In this document: positions 45,194 to 55,167 of the stretch, piece by piece
Numbering within the stretch: position 1 is the first letter of the stretch
Layout of the letters: every line of letters begins with the position of its first letter
Origin: an uncultured Candidatus Saccharibacteria bacterium
GTDB taxonomy: Bacteria; Patescibacteriota; Minisyncoccia; Phycocordibacterales; XYD1-FULL-46-19
Assembly (NCBI GenBank): GCA_964510655.1
Contig: CAZEAY010000001.1
Span: forward strand, 164,944-228,943
DNA: 64,000 bases
Direction of reading: 5' to 3'
Position numbers and translations under genes: made by a program
The notes under the pieces: model-generated
What the model saw: the letters and a program-made list of their open reading frames with translations, nothing else
Told to the model about the DNA's origin: nothing
The model's database searches: none

Positions 45194-46099
45194 ACCGTGA
45201 AATTCAAGATTTGGCAAAGATTCACAATTTTTCACAAATCTATTCATCCAATCAATAGACATTTCAGACGATTGTTGTTTTTGTTCACTAAGATAATGAT
45301 CGCCCCCCTCAAAAATCACGAGTCGATAAGGTACTTTATTTTTATATAGTTCTTCCGCCATTCTAATGGAATCCAGTGGATTTACTCGCCAATCAGCAGT
45401 ACCGTGCATTAATAGAATTGGTACATTTTTCGGTAACTTATCAGCCCAATAAAGAACTGAGCGTTTTTTTAATTCCTCTTCGTTCCCACCAAACATTTTA
45501 ATATAATGATCTTCCATTTCAGGACGAAACTCTTTTTTAGTCAACAAATCTGTTGTACCAGCAACAATAACAGCGGCCTTTATCCAGTCAGTTCGAGCTA
45601 AAGCCAAATAGGTCATCATTCCACCTCGACTTGCTCCATACATACCGATCCGCGACGCATCAGCTCGAGAATATTTTTTAAGAATAGGGTACAAATTTAA
45701 AACATCTTCAATATCAGTTCCTCCCATTTCATCAACACCTTCTCCTCCAGCATTTCCAGAATATTGACTAAAAATTGTAATATATCCAGCCTTAGCAAAA
45801 AGACTCAGACGTAAAAACAAGTGGCCAATCTTAATGGAGCCAAAATCCCCAGACCCACCTCGATTGTAAATAACGCAAGGTAGATTTTCTCCTTCTTTAG
45901 GTTCGACAATATATCCGACAACCCTATGTCCTTGTGATAAATAAACCATTCGATAGACATTAATTAGTTTAGAGTTTTTTTCGGCCTCTAACACATAATC
46001 TGAACCTATTTTATCTTTTAGCTCCTGATCTAAAATTATTGATTTAACATCAACAATTCCATCTATGGACTTTAAAATATCTATATTATCTTCCTTCAT
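45188..46099 (-). CDS. S9-family serine peptidase / alpha-beta hydrolase (prolyl-oligopeptidase catalytic domain only)
   Basis: GASRGGMMTY (GxSxGG), MHGTADWRVNP (S9 HGxxD block); start set at MKEDNID (46097-46099); longer track ORF N-terminus overlaps the neighbouring promoter/gene and looks spurious. Confidence 0.6.
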   Translation of the reverse strand: MKEDNIDILKSIDGIVDVKSIILDQELKDKIGSDYVLEAEKNSKLINVYRMVYLSQGHRVVGYIVEPKEGENLPCVIYNRGGSGDFGSIKIGHLFLRLSLFAKAGYITIFSQYSGNAGGEGVDEMGGTDIEDVLNLYPILKKYSRADASRIGMYGASRGGMMTYLALARTDWIKAAVIVAGTTDLLTKKEFRPEMEDHYIKMFGGNEEELKKRSVLYWADKLPKNVPILLMHGTADWRVNPLDSIRMAEELYKNKVPYRLVIFEGGDHYLSEQKQQSSEMSIDWMNRFVKNCESLPNLEFHGK

Positions 46100-46176
46100 C
46101 TTTTCATTATAACACATAAAACTACAATGATTAATACTGGTGTTAATACTTATTTTAGAATGATGTTTGAAAAAAG

Positions 46177-46205
46177 CTGGATATATTTGACATATACACC
46201 AATAT
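46177..46205 (+). promoter_or_regulatory. sigma70 promoter TTGACA-17-TATCAT for the 46269 cassette
   Basis: TTGACAtatacaccaatatatgcTATCAT; AAGGAGG SD before ATG. Confidence 0.55.
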
Positions 46206-46268
46206 ATGCTATCATTAGAATAGAGTCTTAAACAGACCAAGTATTGAAAATCTACAAGGAGGTGCGGG

Positions 46269-46880
46269 ATGAGTAATCTGCTTATCGCTCTCGCTATTAC
46301 TCTGATCATCTTCGTCCTGTTCCTCCTATCGAGGAATTGGCGGCGAGTCGTCCAGATCGTGGCCGGCTGGGGTCTCTATGGAGCCCTGAACTGGTTCTAT
46401 GACAATCCGTTCTGGTTGCTTATTCAGAACCATTTCGGAGTTGTCGTCGGTTCAGCCATGCTAACTGTTGGTGCATTCCTAATCAATTTCTGTGTCCTTC
46501 ATTGGTATCAGAAGAAGGGAGTGGACTGGCTCGGAGTAGGAGTTCTCGAAGAAATCAAGGAAAAAGGACATGCTTGGGCAGAAAAGCTTTGCAACCACAG
46601 TCAGTGGTATGTGAAGATTCCTGCCTACATTCCTGCCAAGTTCTTTCAAGTCCTCGTCTGGGGGCTGAAGAAGAATGATGTATTGGCCTTTGTATTTCTT
46701 TCAGTCACACAGGATTCCTTTATCACCACCGCTTTCCTTCGTCACGGACGATTTGGAAAGTTGAGTAGCTGGGATTATGTTATCTTCTCACTGAGCACTA
46801 TCGTGAGTTGCGTAGTGCACAGCGTGTGGATGGCCACTATCCTGAGCCTGATCAAGGCAATCCTGTTGAAGATGAGCTGA
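46269..46880 (+). CDS. GC-rich cassette: polytopic membrane protein (203 aa)
   Basis: five or six predicted TM helices; own promoter, SD and terminator. Confidence 0.5.
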   Translation: MSNLLIALAITLIIFVLFLLSRNWRRVVQIVAGWGLYGALNWFYDNPFWLLIQNHFGVVVGSAMLTVGAFLINFCVLHWYQKKGVDWLGVGVLEEIKEKGHAWAEKLCNHSQWYVKIPAYIPAKFFQVLVWGLKKNDVLAFVFLSVTQDSFITTAFLRHGRFGKLSSWDYVIFSLSTIVSCVVHSVWMATILSLIKAILLKMS

Positions 46881-46884
46881 GTAC

Positions 46885-46923
46885 GGGGTGGAGACGATGT
46901 GTCGTCTCCACCCCATTTTTTTA
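46885..46923 (+). terminator. intrinsic terminator
   Basis: ggggtggagacga-tgtg-tcgtctccacccc then ATTTTTTTA. Confidence 0.8.
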
Positions 46924-46996
46924 TAATTGAATTGTTAATCTAACAAAGGTATAATTATTAACACAAAAATAATCTTCTTACGAACAAAGAAACTTT

Positions 46997-47761
46997 ATGA
47001 CAATAGAGGATTTATACACCCCGCTGGAAGAAGCAAGGGAAGAAATAAAACGTCGGTGGGCTGATAAAGATTTAGAAAAAAAAGTACACGAATTTTTAAA
47101 GGGGAAAATCCCCGAAGTTTTTTTGAGTGAGCCAAGGGCGGTTTCTACTACCCATGTGGCCACGCCAAACTGGGCTCTTTTGCAATTTAAAAACGAAGCT
47201 AAAGAAGTGGGTCTAAGACCTTTAATTTTTGAATATCTCGAAGACGTCTTTGTCACTACAAATTTCGACAAAGCCTCTTTGGCCCGAATGGTTTTTTACC
47301 ATGGCAAAGATGATCATGGCGACATGATGACCTCCAGTCGTCACGCCATTGACCTTACCGGCAAACACGAAAAAAAGAAATTGAAAGAAATAGATACTCT
47401 ATGGGGTGAAAATTTAGTTGATTTTCACCATAAAGTTTTTGGTGAATATTGTCCGGAAATTGAAATTTACGATGGTTCTCATCATTATCACTCAATGGGT
47501 AGTTGCGCTAAGGAGTATTATCCATATATCTTAGCCCTCTATCTTAGAAATGGCATCTTATTTGAAAACTATTTAGCCAACAACCGCGAAAAGAAATTTT
47601 TAGAAGAAATCCTTTTTCCAGCATTTCAATTTGTGTATGAAAAATTTGGTATCAAACCTTTAATCGTCCCAATTACTCCTCAAAATGAAGCCGATAATAA
47701 ATATTGGTGGTGCTACCCAGAGTTTGTGAAGACTAGATTACCAAAACCAAAAACCGATTAA
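46997..47761 (+). CDS. hypothetical protein (254 aa)
   Basis: soluble, His/Cys-containing (HGKDDHGD, HHYHSMGSC); no recognised family. Confidence 0.45.
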   Translation: MTIEDLYTPLEEAREEIKRRWADKDLEKKVHEFLKGKIPEVFLSEPRAVSTTHVATPNWALLQFKNEAKEVGLRPLIFEYLEDVFVTTNFDKASLARMVFYHGKDDHGDMMTSSRHAIDLTGKHEKKKLKEIDTLWGENLVDFHHKVFGEYCPEIEIYDGSHHYHSMGSCAKEYYPYILALYLRNGILFENYLANNREKKFLEEILFPAFQFVYEKFGIKPLIVPITPQNEADNKYWWCYPEFVKTRLPKPKTD

Positions 47762-47839
47762 TGTCTTAAAAAACAACACCGGTGGATATCCCACGGTGTT
47801 GTTTTTTAAATAAGATGTTACAATATTCTCAATAACTAT

Positions 47840-48178
47840 ATGGACAAAAAATCTAAGATTTTATTATATTGTGTAGGTATCGCCTTTATCGCCTCAATTG
47901 GCACATCTTTTTATAAATACGTAATTACTAAAAATTACCAAATTTTTGCTGAAATCCCTTGTGATCCAACTTTAGATAATTGTTTTGTGCGAGAAGAAGA
48001 GGATGGCACAGTTAGTCACCTTTTTAAATTAAGTCGCCAAGCTTCTAATATTCCTCTTTGCGACCCAAATAAAGAGGAAAACTGCCAGGCTTTAACTTGC
48101 CAGCCAAACGAAAAAAATTGCACAATATCCAGTTGTTCTAAAGAAGAGTTACAAGAAGGAGAGAGTTGCTCGAGATAG
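47840..48178 (+). CDS. small Cys-rich exported protein
   Basis: N-terminal TM/signal then 10 Cys in about 70 aa (CDPTLDNCF...CDPNKEENCQALTCQPNEKNCTISSC...ESC). Confidence 0.45.
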   Translation: MDKKSKILLYCVGIAFIASIGTSFYKYVITKNYQIFAEIPCDPTLDNCFVREEEDGTVSHLFKLSRQASNIPLCDPNKEENCQALTCQPNEKNCTISSCSKEELQEGESCSR

Positions 48179-48188
48179 AATAATTATT

Positions 48189-48779
48189 ATGGATCTGTCA
48201 TTTTTATATAAAATAAAAAAATTTTTTACAAAAAAAGAAAAACCCTTTGAAATAAAAGACACGGGTAAATATGGCAACGGCTGTTTTGCAACGAGAGATA
48301 TAAAGAAAGGGGAAACTATTACATTTTTCAACGGAGAAGTTATTACTTTTGAAGAAACAGAAAAAAGAATAGTTACAGGGGATGAAAACAGGACAGACTC
48401 CTTTCAGGTTGATCTAGAGATGGATATGGATTTGAACGAAGAAAGCAGGTCTTTTAATCATAGCTGTAATCCAAATGCTGGTTTTAGAGGTTTTAGTGAG
48501 ATGATTGCCCTTAGAGATATTAACAGGGGGGAAGAAATAACATACGATTATTCAGCTACGGTTGGTCCAAATATCCCAAAAACTTTATGGGAAATGCCTT
48601 GTTTCTGTAAATCAAATAACTGCAGGAAAATTATAGGTAATGTATTAACTATTCCAAAAGACCAACTTGATCAATATGTAGAAGCTGGCACTCTTCAAGA
48701 TTATATAAAAAAAGAGCTCGAAATAATCAAAAAAAATAATGGAATTTTACCCAAATATAAAGAAATTAAACCTCTATAA
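48189..48779 (+). CDS. SET-domain protein (putative protein-lysine methyltransferase)
   Basis: GNGCFATRDIKKGETI, NHSCNPN, EEITYDY, post-SET CFCKSNNC. Confidence 0.75.
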   Translation: MDLSFLYKIKKFFTKKEKPFEIKDTGKYGNGCFATRDIKKGETITFFNGEVITFEETEKRIVTGDENRTDSFQVDLEMDMDLNEESRSFNHSCNPNAGFRGFSEMIALRDINRGEEITYDYSATVGPNIPKTLWEMPCFCKSNNCRKIIGNVLTIPKDQLDQYVEAGTLQDYIKKELEIIKKNNGILPKYKEIKPL

Positions 48780-48795
48780 AATAATTTAAATCAAT

Positions 48796-50604
48796 ATGGG
48801 AGAGAATTTAGTTACACATCTTGGTCACTGCATAACAGCCGCTTCAGAATTAGTTGGTGGTAATTTAAGTTTAGTTTATTATTCACACATACCCACAGTA
48901 GCCATAACATTGTTAATGGGTATATTTGTTCTTAGGGCAAGTAAGGGAAGTCTGCAGTCAAAAATATTCTTTTCGTTTTGTGTAGTATTTTCCCTTTGGG
49001 TAGTAGCAAATTTTGTAGCCTGGATTGGGACGAGTAGTGTGTGGATCAGTTTTTTTTGGTCTCTATTGGGATTATCGGATATCATATTTTATGTACTAGG
49101 TCTATATTTCTTCTATGTTTTTGTAGAAAATAAAGACACCACCTTTCGTTTAAAAATTATACTAAGTGCAATTTTAATTCCATTTCTGATCCTTGCGCCA
49201 ACAAAACTTAATCTACCAGGTTTTGACTATACAAACTGCGCGGCAATAGATACTTCATTTTTAGGATATCTATTCTACGCCAAAATGTTTATTGCTGGAT
49301 GGTTAATAGTTTTATCAATATATAAATATAAAAAATCTCAAAAGTCTGAGCGTCCAAAAATAATTCTACTGTCTATCGGGTTGGCTCTTTTCTTCTTATC
49401 ATTCTTCGTCACTGGTTATATTGCCGACACCTATCTCCGTTATGATATCGAACTTTACGGTCTATACGCCATGACGGCTTTTATGGGTATCTTGGCGTAT
49501 TTAATAGTCAAATATAAGGCTTTTGATATTAAGTTACTTGGAGCTCAAGCTCTGGTTTACTCTTTAATTATCTTACTTGGAGCGCAATTCCTCTTTATCA
49601 AAAGTCAGATAAACATGGTCCTAACCGGAATAGCTCTTTTCTTAACAATAATTTTTGGTTACTACCTCATTCTCGGAATCAAAAAAGAAATTGCGCAGAA
49701 AGAAGAAATTCAAAGATTGGCAACTAGTTTAGCAAGATCAAATGACCAATTAGTTGTCGCCAATGAAAAATTGAAAGAATTAGATAAGCAAAAAACCGAA
49801 TTCGTATCTTTGGCCTCGCACCAGTTGCGTAGCCCACTGACTGCGATCAAGGGTTATTCATCCATGATTTTGGAGGGTTCATTTGGAAAAATAAATGAGA
49901 AAGCCAAGGAGGCGGTTGGGCGAGTATTTGAATCCAGTCAAAAATTGGTTTTAGTCATTGAAGACTTCTTAAACATTACGCGCATTGAACTCGGCCGAAT
50001 GAAATATGATGTTTCGGAATTTAGTTTCAACAAATTGGTCACCAGTGTCATTGGCGAACAAAAACCAAACGTCGAGCGACGGGGTCTAGCCATTAGCTAT
50101 GAAGAGGATGCACCAGAATACAAAGTTTTTGCTGACTTCGGTAAAATCAGTCAGGTTATCTCAAATATTGTCGACAATGCCGTAAAATATTCTAAAGAGG
50201 GAAGTATCGCTGTTAAGGTGGTTGGGATTACCGACGGAAAAGATAAGAAGGTTCGTCTATCCGTCAAAGATACTGGGGTCGGAATTGAGCCACAAGTTTT
50301 ACCTCATTTATTCCAAAAATTCGTCCGCGCCTACGATGCTGGCAAAACCAATATTATTGGTACTGGGCTCGGCTTATTCGTAGCTAAGCAAATTGTCGAC
50401 TCTCATCCTGGAGGCAAGATCTGGGCCGAATCTGAGGGCAAAAACAAGGGTTCTACTTTCTTTGTCGAACTCTCTCTCTCGACAGGCGTAGCCCCAGTCC
50501 TAACTCCACCACCCGCCGACCCTGCTGTGGCTGAACCAGCCTCATCTTCTGCAACCACCACCGAACCCCCAATCCCACAACCCACCGCCGGCGATTTATC
50601 GTAA
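48796..50604 (+). CDS. sensor histidine kinase with about 7-TM N-terminal sensor domain and Pro/Thr-rich tail
   Basis: multiple TM helices; H-box SLASHQLRSPLTAIKGY; NIVDNAVKYS; DTGVGIEPQVLPHLFQKFVRA; GTGLGLFVAKQIVDSHPGGKIWAES. Confidence 0.85.
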   Translation: MGENLVTHLGHCITAASELVGGNLSLVYYSHIPTVAITLLMGIFVLRASKGSLQSKIFFSFCVVFSLWVVANFVAWIGTSSVWISFFWSLLGLSDIIFYVLGLYFFYVFVENKDTTFRLKIILSAILIPFLILAPTKLNLPGFDYTNCAAIDTSFLGYLFYAKMFIAGWLIVLSIYKYKKSQKSERPKIILLSIGLALFFLSFFVTGYIADTYLRYDIELYGLYAMTAFMGILAYLIVKYKAFDIKLLGAQALVYSLIILLGAQFLFIKSQINMVLTGIALFLTIIFGYYLILGIKKEIAQKEEIQRLATSLARSNDQLVVANEKLKELDKQKTEFVSLASHQLRSPLTAIKGYSSMILEGSFGKINEKAKEAVGRVFESSQKLVLVIEDFLNITRIELGRMKYDVSEFSFNKLVTSVIGEQKPNVERRGLAISYEEDAPEYKVFADFGKISQVISNIVDNAVKYSKEGSIAVKVVGITDGKDKKVRLSVKDTGVGIEPQVLPHLFQKFVRAYDAGKTNIIGTGLGLFVAKQIVDSHPGGKIWAESEGKNKGSTFFVELSLSTGVAPVLTPPPADPAVAEPASSSATTTEPPIPQPTAGDLS

Positions 50605-50646
50605 AAATCACAGAATAAAAGTTAACTAACCAGATTATATAGGCTA

Positions 50647-50675
50647 TTGACAGAAAACAGAATCTTCAATAGAGT
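50647..50675 (+). promoter_or_regulatory. sigma70 promoter TTGACA-17-TAGAGT for the 50683-57901 operon
   Basis: TTGACAgaaaacagaatcttcaaTAGAGT; ATG at 50683 lies only about 7 nt after the -10, so the mRNA may be leaderless. Confidence 0.45.
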
Positions 50676-50682
50676 TAAATTA

Positions 50683-51624
50683 ATGCTATTGGATGCCTAT
50701 AAAAAAATGTTCTTTATACGAACAGTGGAAGAACAAATAGCCGCTTATTACCTTAAGAATAAAATAGCAAGCCTCATTCATTTCTGTATTGGTCAGGAAG
50801 CGATAGCTGTGGGCGTCTGTAATGCACTACAGAAAGATGACCGTGTTATAGGAAATCATCGATCACACGGACATTACCTAGCCAAAGGAGGAAATCTTAA
50901 AAAGATGGTCTGTGAATTGTTGGGAAGGGGATACGGTTCGTCGAATGGTAAGGGTGGATCTATGCACCTAATTGACACATCGGTTAATTTTATTGGATCG
51001 ACGCCAATTCTTTCGAGCGCGGTGCCTCTCTCTTGCGGTAGTGCCTTTGAACAAAAATACCACAAAAGTGATGCGGTAACGGTCGTATTCTTGGGTGACG
51101 GCGCCTTTGAGGAGGGGGGTGTCTATGAATCTCTAAATCTTGCGGCTCTTTTTAATCTACCAATACTTTTTGTTGTTGAAAATAATCTCAGATCAATTAA
51201 TACACGCCTTTCGGAACGGCGATCCTCGGACCATAATATTGAAAATATCGTTACTGGCTTTGGAGTACGATACATAAAAGCTGATGGAAATGATTATTTA
51301 GACGTGACAATAAAAACTGGAAATCTTATAACTGGGGTACGAGCGGGCAAACCTGCTCTTATTGAATGTATGACATACCGTCACTTAGCACATAGTGGGC
51401 CAGATTTTGAAGAGGAAACTCGTGAAGAAGATACCGTAGAACGGCGGAAGGAAAAAGATTCGGTAGCAAAGATGAGACGAGAAAATCTAGCTTCAGGAAT
51501 TTCAGAAGAGGAAATTATTGCTGCGGAAAATGATATTAAAAGAGCTGTTGCCGATGCTATTCTGTACGCTGAACAGGCACCATTCCCAAAAAAAGAAAGT
51601 TTATATACGGATCTTTATGTCTAA
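50683..51624 (+). CDS. thiamine-diphosphate-dependent 2-oxoacid/acetoin dehydrogenase E1 alpha-like subunit
   Basis: GQEAIAVG, GDGAFEEGGVYESLNLAALFNLPILFVVENN (TPP motif GDG...N), YRHLAHSGPD; track start 50647 is a TTG inside the -35 box. Confidence 0.75.
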   Translation: MLLDAYKKMFFIRTVEEQIAAYYLKNKIASLIHFCIGQEAIAVGVCNALQKDDRVIGNHRSHGHYLAKGGNLKKMVCELLGRGYGSSNGKGGSMHLIDTSVNFIGSTPILSSAVPLSCGSAFEQKYHKSDAVTVVFLGDGAFEEGGVYESLNLAALFNLPILFVVENNLRSINTRLSERRSSDHNIENIVTGFGVRYIKADGNDYLDVTIKTGNLITGVRAGKPALIECMTYRHLAHSGPDFEEETREEDTVERRKEKDSVAKMRRENLASGISEEEIIAAENDIKRAVADAILYAEQAPFPKKESLYTDLYV

Positions 51625-52654
51625 TAGAATTATCAAATACACCGAAGCAATTAAGGAAGCCACTGACCAAATAATGGAGATAGATAAGGATGTTGTTGTC
51701 CTTGGTCTAGAAGTCTCATATAAAAACGGTGCGGACGGAACAACCGCTGGCCTTAAGGAAAAATATCCCAACCGAATAATTGAAACACCTCAATCAGAAA
51801 ATGCTGTAACAGGAATGGCTGTTGGGGCAGCTATAACGGGTCTTCATCCTATTGTGCATCACGGCAGAGTTGAGTTTGCGATCTTTGCGGCCGATCAGAT
51901 ATTTACACAGGCGGCGAAGTGGAATTATATGTTCGGCGGCGGTCAACCGGTTCCTGTTGTATTTAGGATCAATATTGGTCGACAATGGGGTCAGGGCCCA
52001 CAACACACTCAAGCACTCTATCCGCTTTTTGGTAATGCACTTGGCCTTAAGGTTGTGATCCCCTCTACTCCGCGTATGGCGAAGGGTTTACTTATCTCTG
52101 CAGTTCGAGACAAAAATCCCGTTGTTATTTTGGAACCGCGATGGCTTTTCTCTTTAAAACAAGATGTCCCAATTGAACCCTATGATAAACCTCTAGATAA
52201 AGGGGTCGTGGTTAAAGAGGGGGCAGATCTTACGATTGTTTCTTACGGAGATGGTCTGATTGCAGCTTATGAAGCTTTAGATCTGATTAACAACCATATT
52301 GACGTAGAACTTATAGATCTTGTCTCTATAAATCCTATAGATTATGTAACTGTCTTAAAATCAGTTAAAAAAACTGGCCGGCTTATCACAATTGATACCA
52401 CCAATCACGCTTTTAGTGTTGGCTCGGAGGTTATAGCAAATATTTCAGAGCAGCAGCTATCGTTAAAGAAAGCTCCAGTTGCACTTTCCTGTCCCGATGT
52501 TCCGGTACCTACTTCAACAATACTCACTGAATCTTACTATCCAACAAAAATAGATATAGCAAATGCTGCGTTACTCCTTATGGGTAAGCCAACCATAAAT
52601 CGCGAATTAACTTTTGAAGAACTACACCTTGGCCCTAATTTTGTTATTAAATAG
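51617..52654 (+). CDS. E1 beta-like (transketolase-type pyrimidine-binding + C-terminal) subunit
   Basis: MSNR... overlaps the alpha stop by 8 nt; ETPQSENAVTGMAVGAAITGLHPIV; C-terminal transketolase-like domain. Confidence 0.8.
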   Translation: MSNRIIKYTEAIKEATDQIMEIDKDVVVLGLEVSYKNGADGTTAGLKEKYPNRIIETPQSENAVTGMAVGAAITGLHPIVHHGRVEFAIFAADQIFTQAAKWNYMFGGGQPVPVVFRINIGRQWGQGPQHTQALYPLFGNALGLKVVIPSTPRMAKGLLISAVRDKNPVVILEPRWLFSLKQDVPIEPYDKPLDKGVVVKEGADLTIVSYGDGLIAAYEALDLINNHIDVELIDLVSINPIDYVTVLKSVKKTGRLITIDTTNHAFSVGSEVIANISEQQLSLKKAPVALSCPDVPVPTSTILTESYYPTKIDIANAALLLMGKPTINRELTFEELHLGPNFVIK

Positions 52655-52656
52655 TT

Positions 52657-54228
52657 ATGATATTTTATAATAGCAAACAAAAGATTATAAGAAATAAAAA
52701 TCTTCCCAAATCCGTACGATCTGTAGTACGTATGTATCCACCTAACCAGGTCAATAGATTATTTTATGGCGGACTCCCTCATCTAGGCAACACTCTTTTG
52801 AACTCTTGGAAATCGACCGCGATACAAGAAGCAGCGAAGACATATGAGGACTACAGTCTTTCTTCAAACCTTCTTATAAAAGGTTTTAAAGATCCTACTG
52901 CGGACAAGGTAAGACTAGGAATTGGAAGTCCTGCGCGTTTCAAACCTTTTGACAAGTGTATTACTGGAATAGAACATGCCTTGGGAAATAGGATCCTTTC
53001 TGACTACCAATTAGCTGCAGGATATAGTGAGGACAAAGGACCAATCATAAAATATTTTAAAGTTACTCATGATTTAGAAATCACAGAGAATAATATTATT
53101 TTCACTCATTCAAGCACTCAGGCGCTTTCTCTTGTTATGGAGGCAATACTTGACTATGGGGATGCGGTCATTATGACAGCTCCCAATTATGGACTTTTTG
53201 CCTTTATACCGGAGAGAATTGGGGGCGAAGTTAGGCTTTTACCGCTTACCAGCCTTAATAATTGGAAGATTAACCCGAAAGAACTTAAACAGCTCATTGT
53301 TAATACAAATGATGAACTTAAGCGGGATTATGACATGAATCGTGGGAAATATATTTTCAGGCGTTCTGGTATACCGCCAAGAGTTTCGGCTTTTCTTAAT
53401 TTAAATCCGCACAACCCGACGGGTGTTGTGTATAGTGCAAAGGATAGATTGTTGTTGACAGAAATTTCCAATGTTTGCAATCGGGCTGGCGTATTTATTA
53501 TTGATGATTTGGCTTATTTTGGCCTAGAGTTCGACAGAAATTCCACTGCCTTGCCCGTTTGTAGCTTGGAGGATAATTTTAATAATACAATAACAATGTA
53601 TTCTCTTTCTAAATCTTATGGGTTAGCTGGCTTAAGATCAGGTATAATCATAGCTAACGAGGTGATTATCTCCCTGATAAGAGATAAAATATTTCAAAGT
53701 TTGGATTCATTGTCTTTATTGCAATCGGCCGCTATGAGCGCAATTTTCTTAACGGAAAATAATGCTATTTTTGAAAGAGAGAAGTATTTTACCGATATTA
53801 CCAGAAAATATTATGAAAGATATATCTTTACAAAAGCCGTTATTATGGGAGTTGATAAAATTAATAATGAAGAAAAAATACTACTAGACAAAATCATTAA
53901 GAATAACAAGCTGAATTTTAATATAAAAAAATCTATGAGCGGCATCAAAGATGTTAGTATCGCTCTTGAACCGCAGTCTGGTTTTTTTATAATTTTGGAT
54001 TTAAGCAAAATACTCGGAAAATCATATAAAGGATTCAAGATAGTTGATGATGTAACTTTGTTAAAATTTTTGTATACATCAAGCAATATTAAATTATTGA
54101 CCGGCAGAGCATTTTGTTGGCCTAACCAAAGCCAGCTTACTGCCAGGGTAACTATCGCGTTTGATAAATATGAAGATTTATTGAAATCTTTTTTACGCCT
54201 CAAATCATCTATAGAGCTATTAGTATGA
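52657..54228 (+). CDS. PLP-dependent class I/II aminotransferase (long, 523 aa)
   Basis: NPHNPTGVVYS, YSLSKSYGLAGLRSGII (PLP-Lys block); about 100-aa N-terminal extension. Confidence 0.75.
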   Translation: MIFYNSKQKIIRNKNLPKSVRSVVRMYPPNQVNRLFYGGLPHLGNTLLNSWKSTAIQEAAKTYEDYSLSSNLLIKGFKDPTADKVRLGIGSPARFKPFDKCITGIEHALGNRILSDYQLAAGYSEDKGPIIKYFKVTHDLEITENNIIFTHSSTQALSLVMEAILDYGDAVIMTAPNYGLFAFIPERIGGEVRLLPLTSLNNWKINPKELKQLIVNTNDELKRDYDMNRGKYIFRRSGIPPRVSAFLNLNPHNPTGVVYSAKDRLLLTEISNVCNRAGVFIIDDLAYFGLEFDRNSTALPVCSLEDNFNNTITMYSLSKSYGLAGLRSGIIIANEVIISLIRDKIFQSLDSLSLLQSAAMSAIFLTENNAIFEREKYFTDITRKYYERYIFTKAVIMGVDKINNEEKILLDKIIKNNKLNFNIKKSMSGIKDVSIALEPQSGFFIILDLSKILGKSYKGFKIVDDVTLLKFLYTSSNIKLLTGRAFCWPNQSQLTARVTIAFDKYEDLLKSFLRLKSSIELLV

Positions 54229-55100
54229 AAATATATATTGCATCATCAGAAGAGCATGTGGGAAAAATTAAAGAAGATATTTATATTCGCGACGCTTATA
54301 GAGATAAGGGATTTTTTTGTGAAATCTTTACACTGGAAGACATCATAAGGATATCAAAACCATCTGATGTGGTAATTTTAAAAAGCATCTGGGGGTATCA
54401 TTTACATTACCGAGAATTTCTAAAGAAAATATCAATACTCAAAGAAAAGAAGATTAAATTAATAAACGGCTATGAATTTATTTTTTGGAATATTGATAAG
54501 TATAAATACTTATCCGAATTAAAACATCTAAACGTGGTCCCAACAGTGCTTCTTAATTTCAAAAGTGCCGAGACTGCATCTGAGATTAGAAATAAAATAT
54601 CGCAGGCAAATAAAAAGTTGAATACAGATACCTTAGTTATTAAACCTTGTATTTCAGAAAGCGGTTATTTAACTTTTAAATACGATAAAACTAAAAACAA
54701 TAAGGCTACTATTGCAATGCTGAAAAAGAATAAACATTTTAACTTTGTCGCGCAGCCTTACCGGCCGGATGTCTTGACGGGAGAGCTGTCTGTAATCATA
54801 ATTAACGGCATACCCTTGTATGGCATCAAGAGATTCTCAGGAATTTTCACTGAAAAGAAAGACTTGGAGTATATTGATCAACAAAAAATTCCTAAACAAA
54901 TTACGGATCAAGTGAGACTATTACTTAATTTTTTTGTTAATAAATTTAAGTCTTTGCCAAAAATTTGTAGAGTGGATTTTGTAAAACATGACTTAAAGTA
55001 TGAACTTTTGGAAATTGAGTTGATTGACCCTGATTTATTTTTTAGATTTCTTCCAGAGAGGGTATTACATAAATGTCTGGCAGGACTTATTGGTATTTAG
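54225..55100 (+). CDS. ATP-grasp-fold ligase (RimK/glutathione-synthetase-like)
   Basis: LVIKPCISESGYLTF, RVDFVKHDLKYELLEIELIDPD; ATGA overlap with the aminotransferase stop. Confidence 0.5.
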   Translation: MKIYIASSEEHVGKIKEDIYIRDAYRDKGFFCEIFTLEDIIRISKPSDVVILKSIWGYHLHYREFLKKISILKEKKIKLINGYEFIFWNIDKYKYLSELKHLNVVPTVLLNFKSAETASEIRNKISQANKKLNTDTLVIKPCISESGYLTFKYDKTKNNKATIAMLKKNKHFNFVAQPYRPDVLTGELSVIIINGIPLYGIKRFSGIFTEKKDLEYIDQQKIPKQITDQVRLLLNFFVNKFKSLPKICRVDFVKHDLKYELLEIELIDPDLFFRFLPERVLHKCLAGLIGI

Positions 55101-55167
55101 AAAAGATAAATTTTATGCATAATCATAAATTTATTGAAATCAAAAATTATAAGCCCGCAATTAATAA

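Noticed and set aside
45188-46309. A 373-aa reading of the S9 peptidase ORF
   Set aside because: The first 70 residues run through the promoter, SD and start of the plus-strand 46269 gene and are low-complexity. The internal ATG at 46097-46099 gives a sensible catalytic-domain protein.
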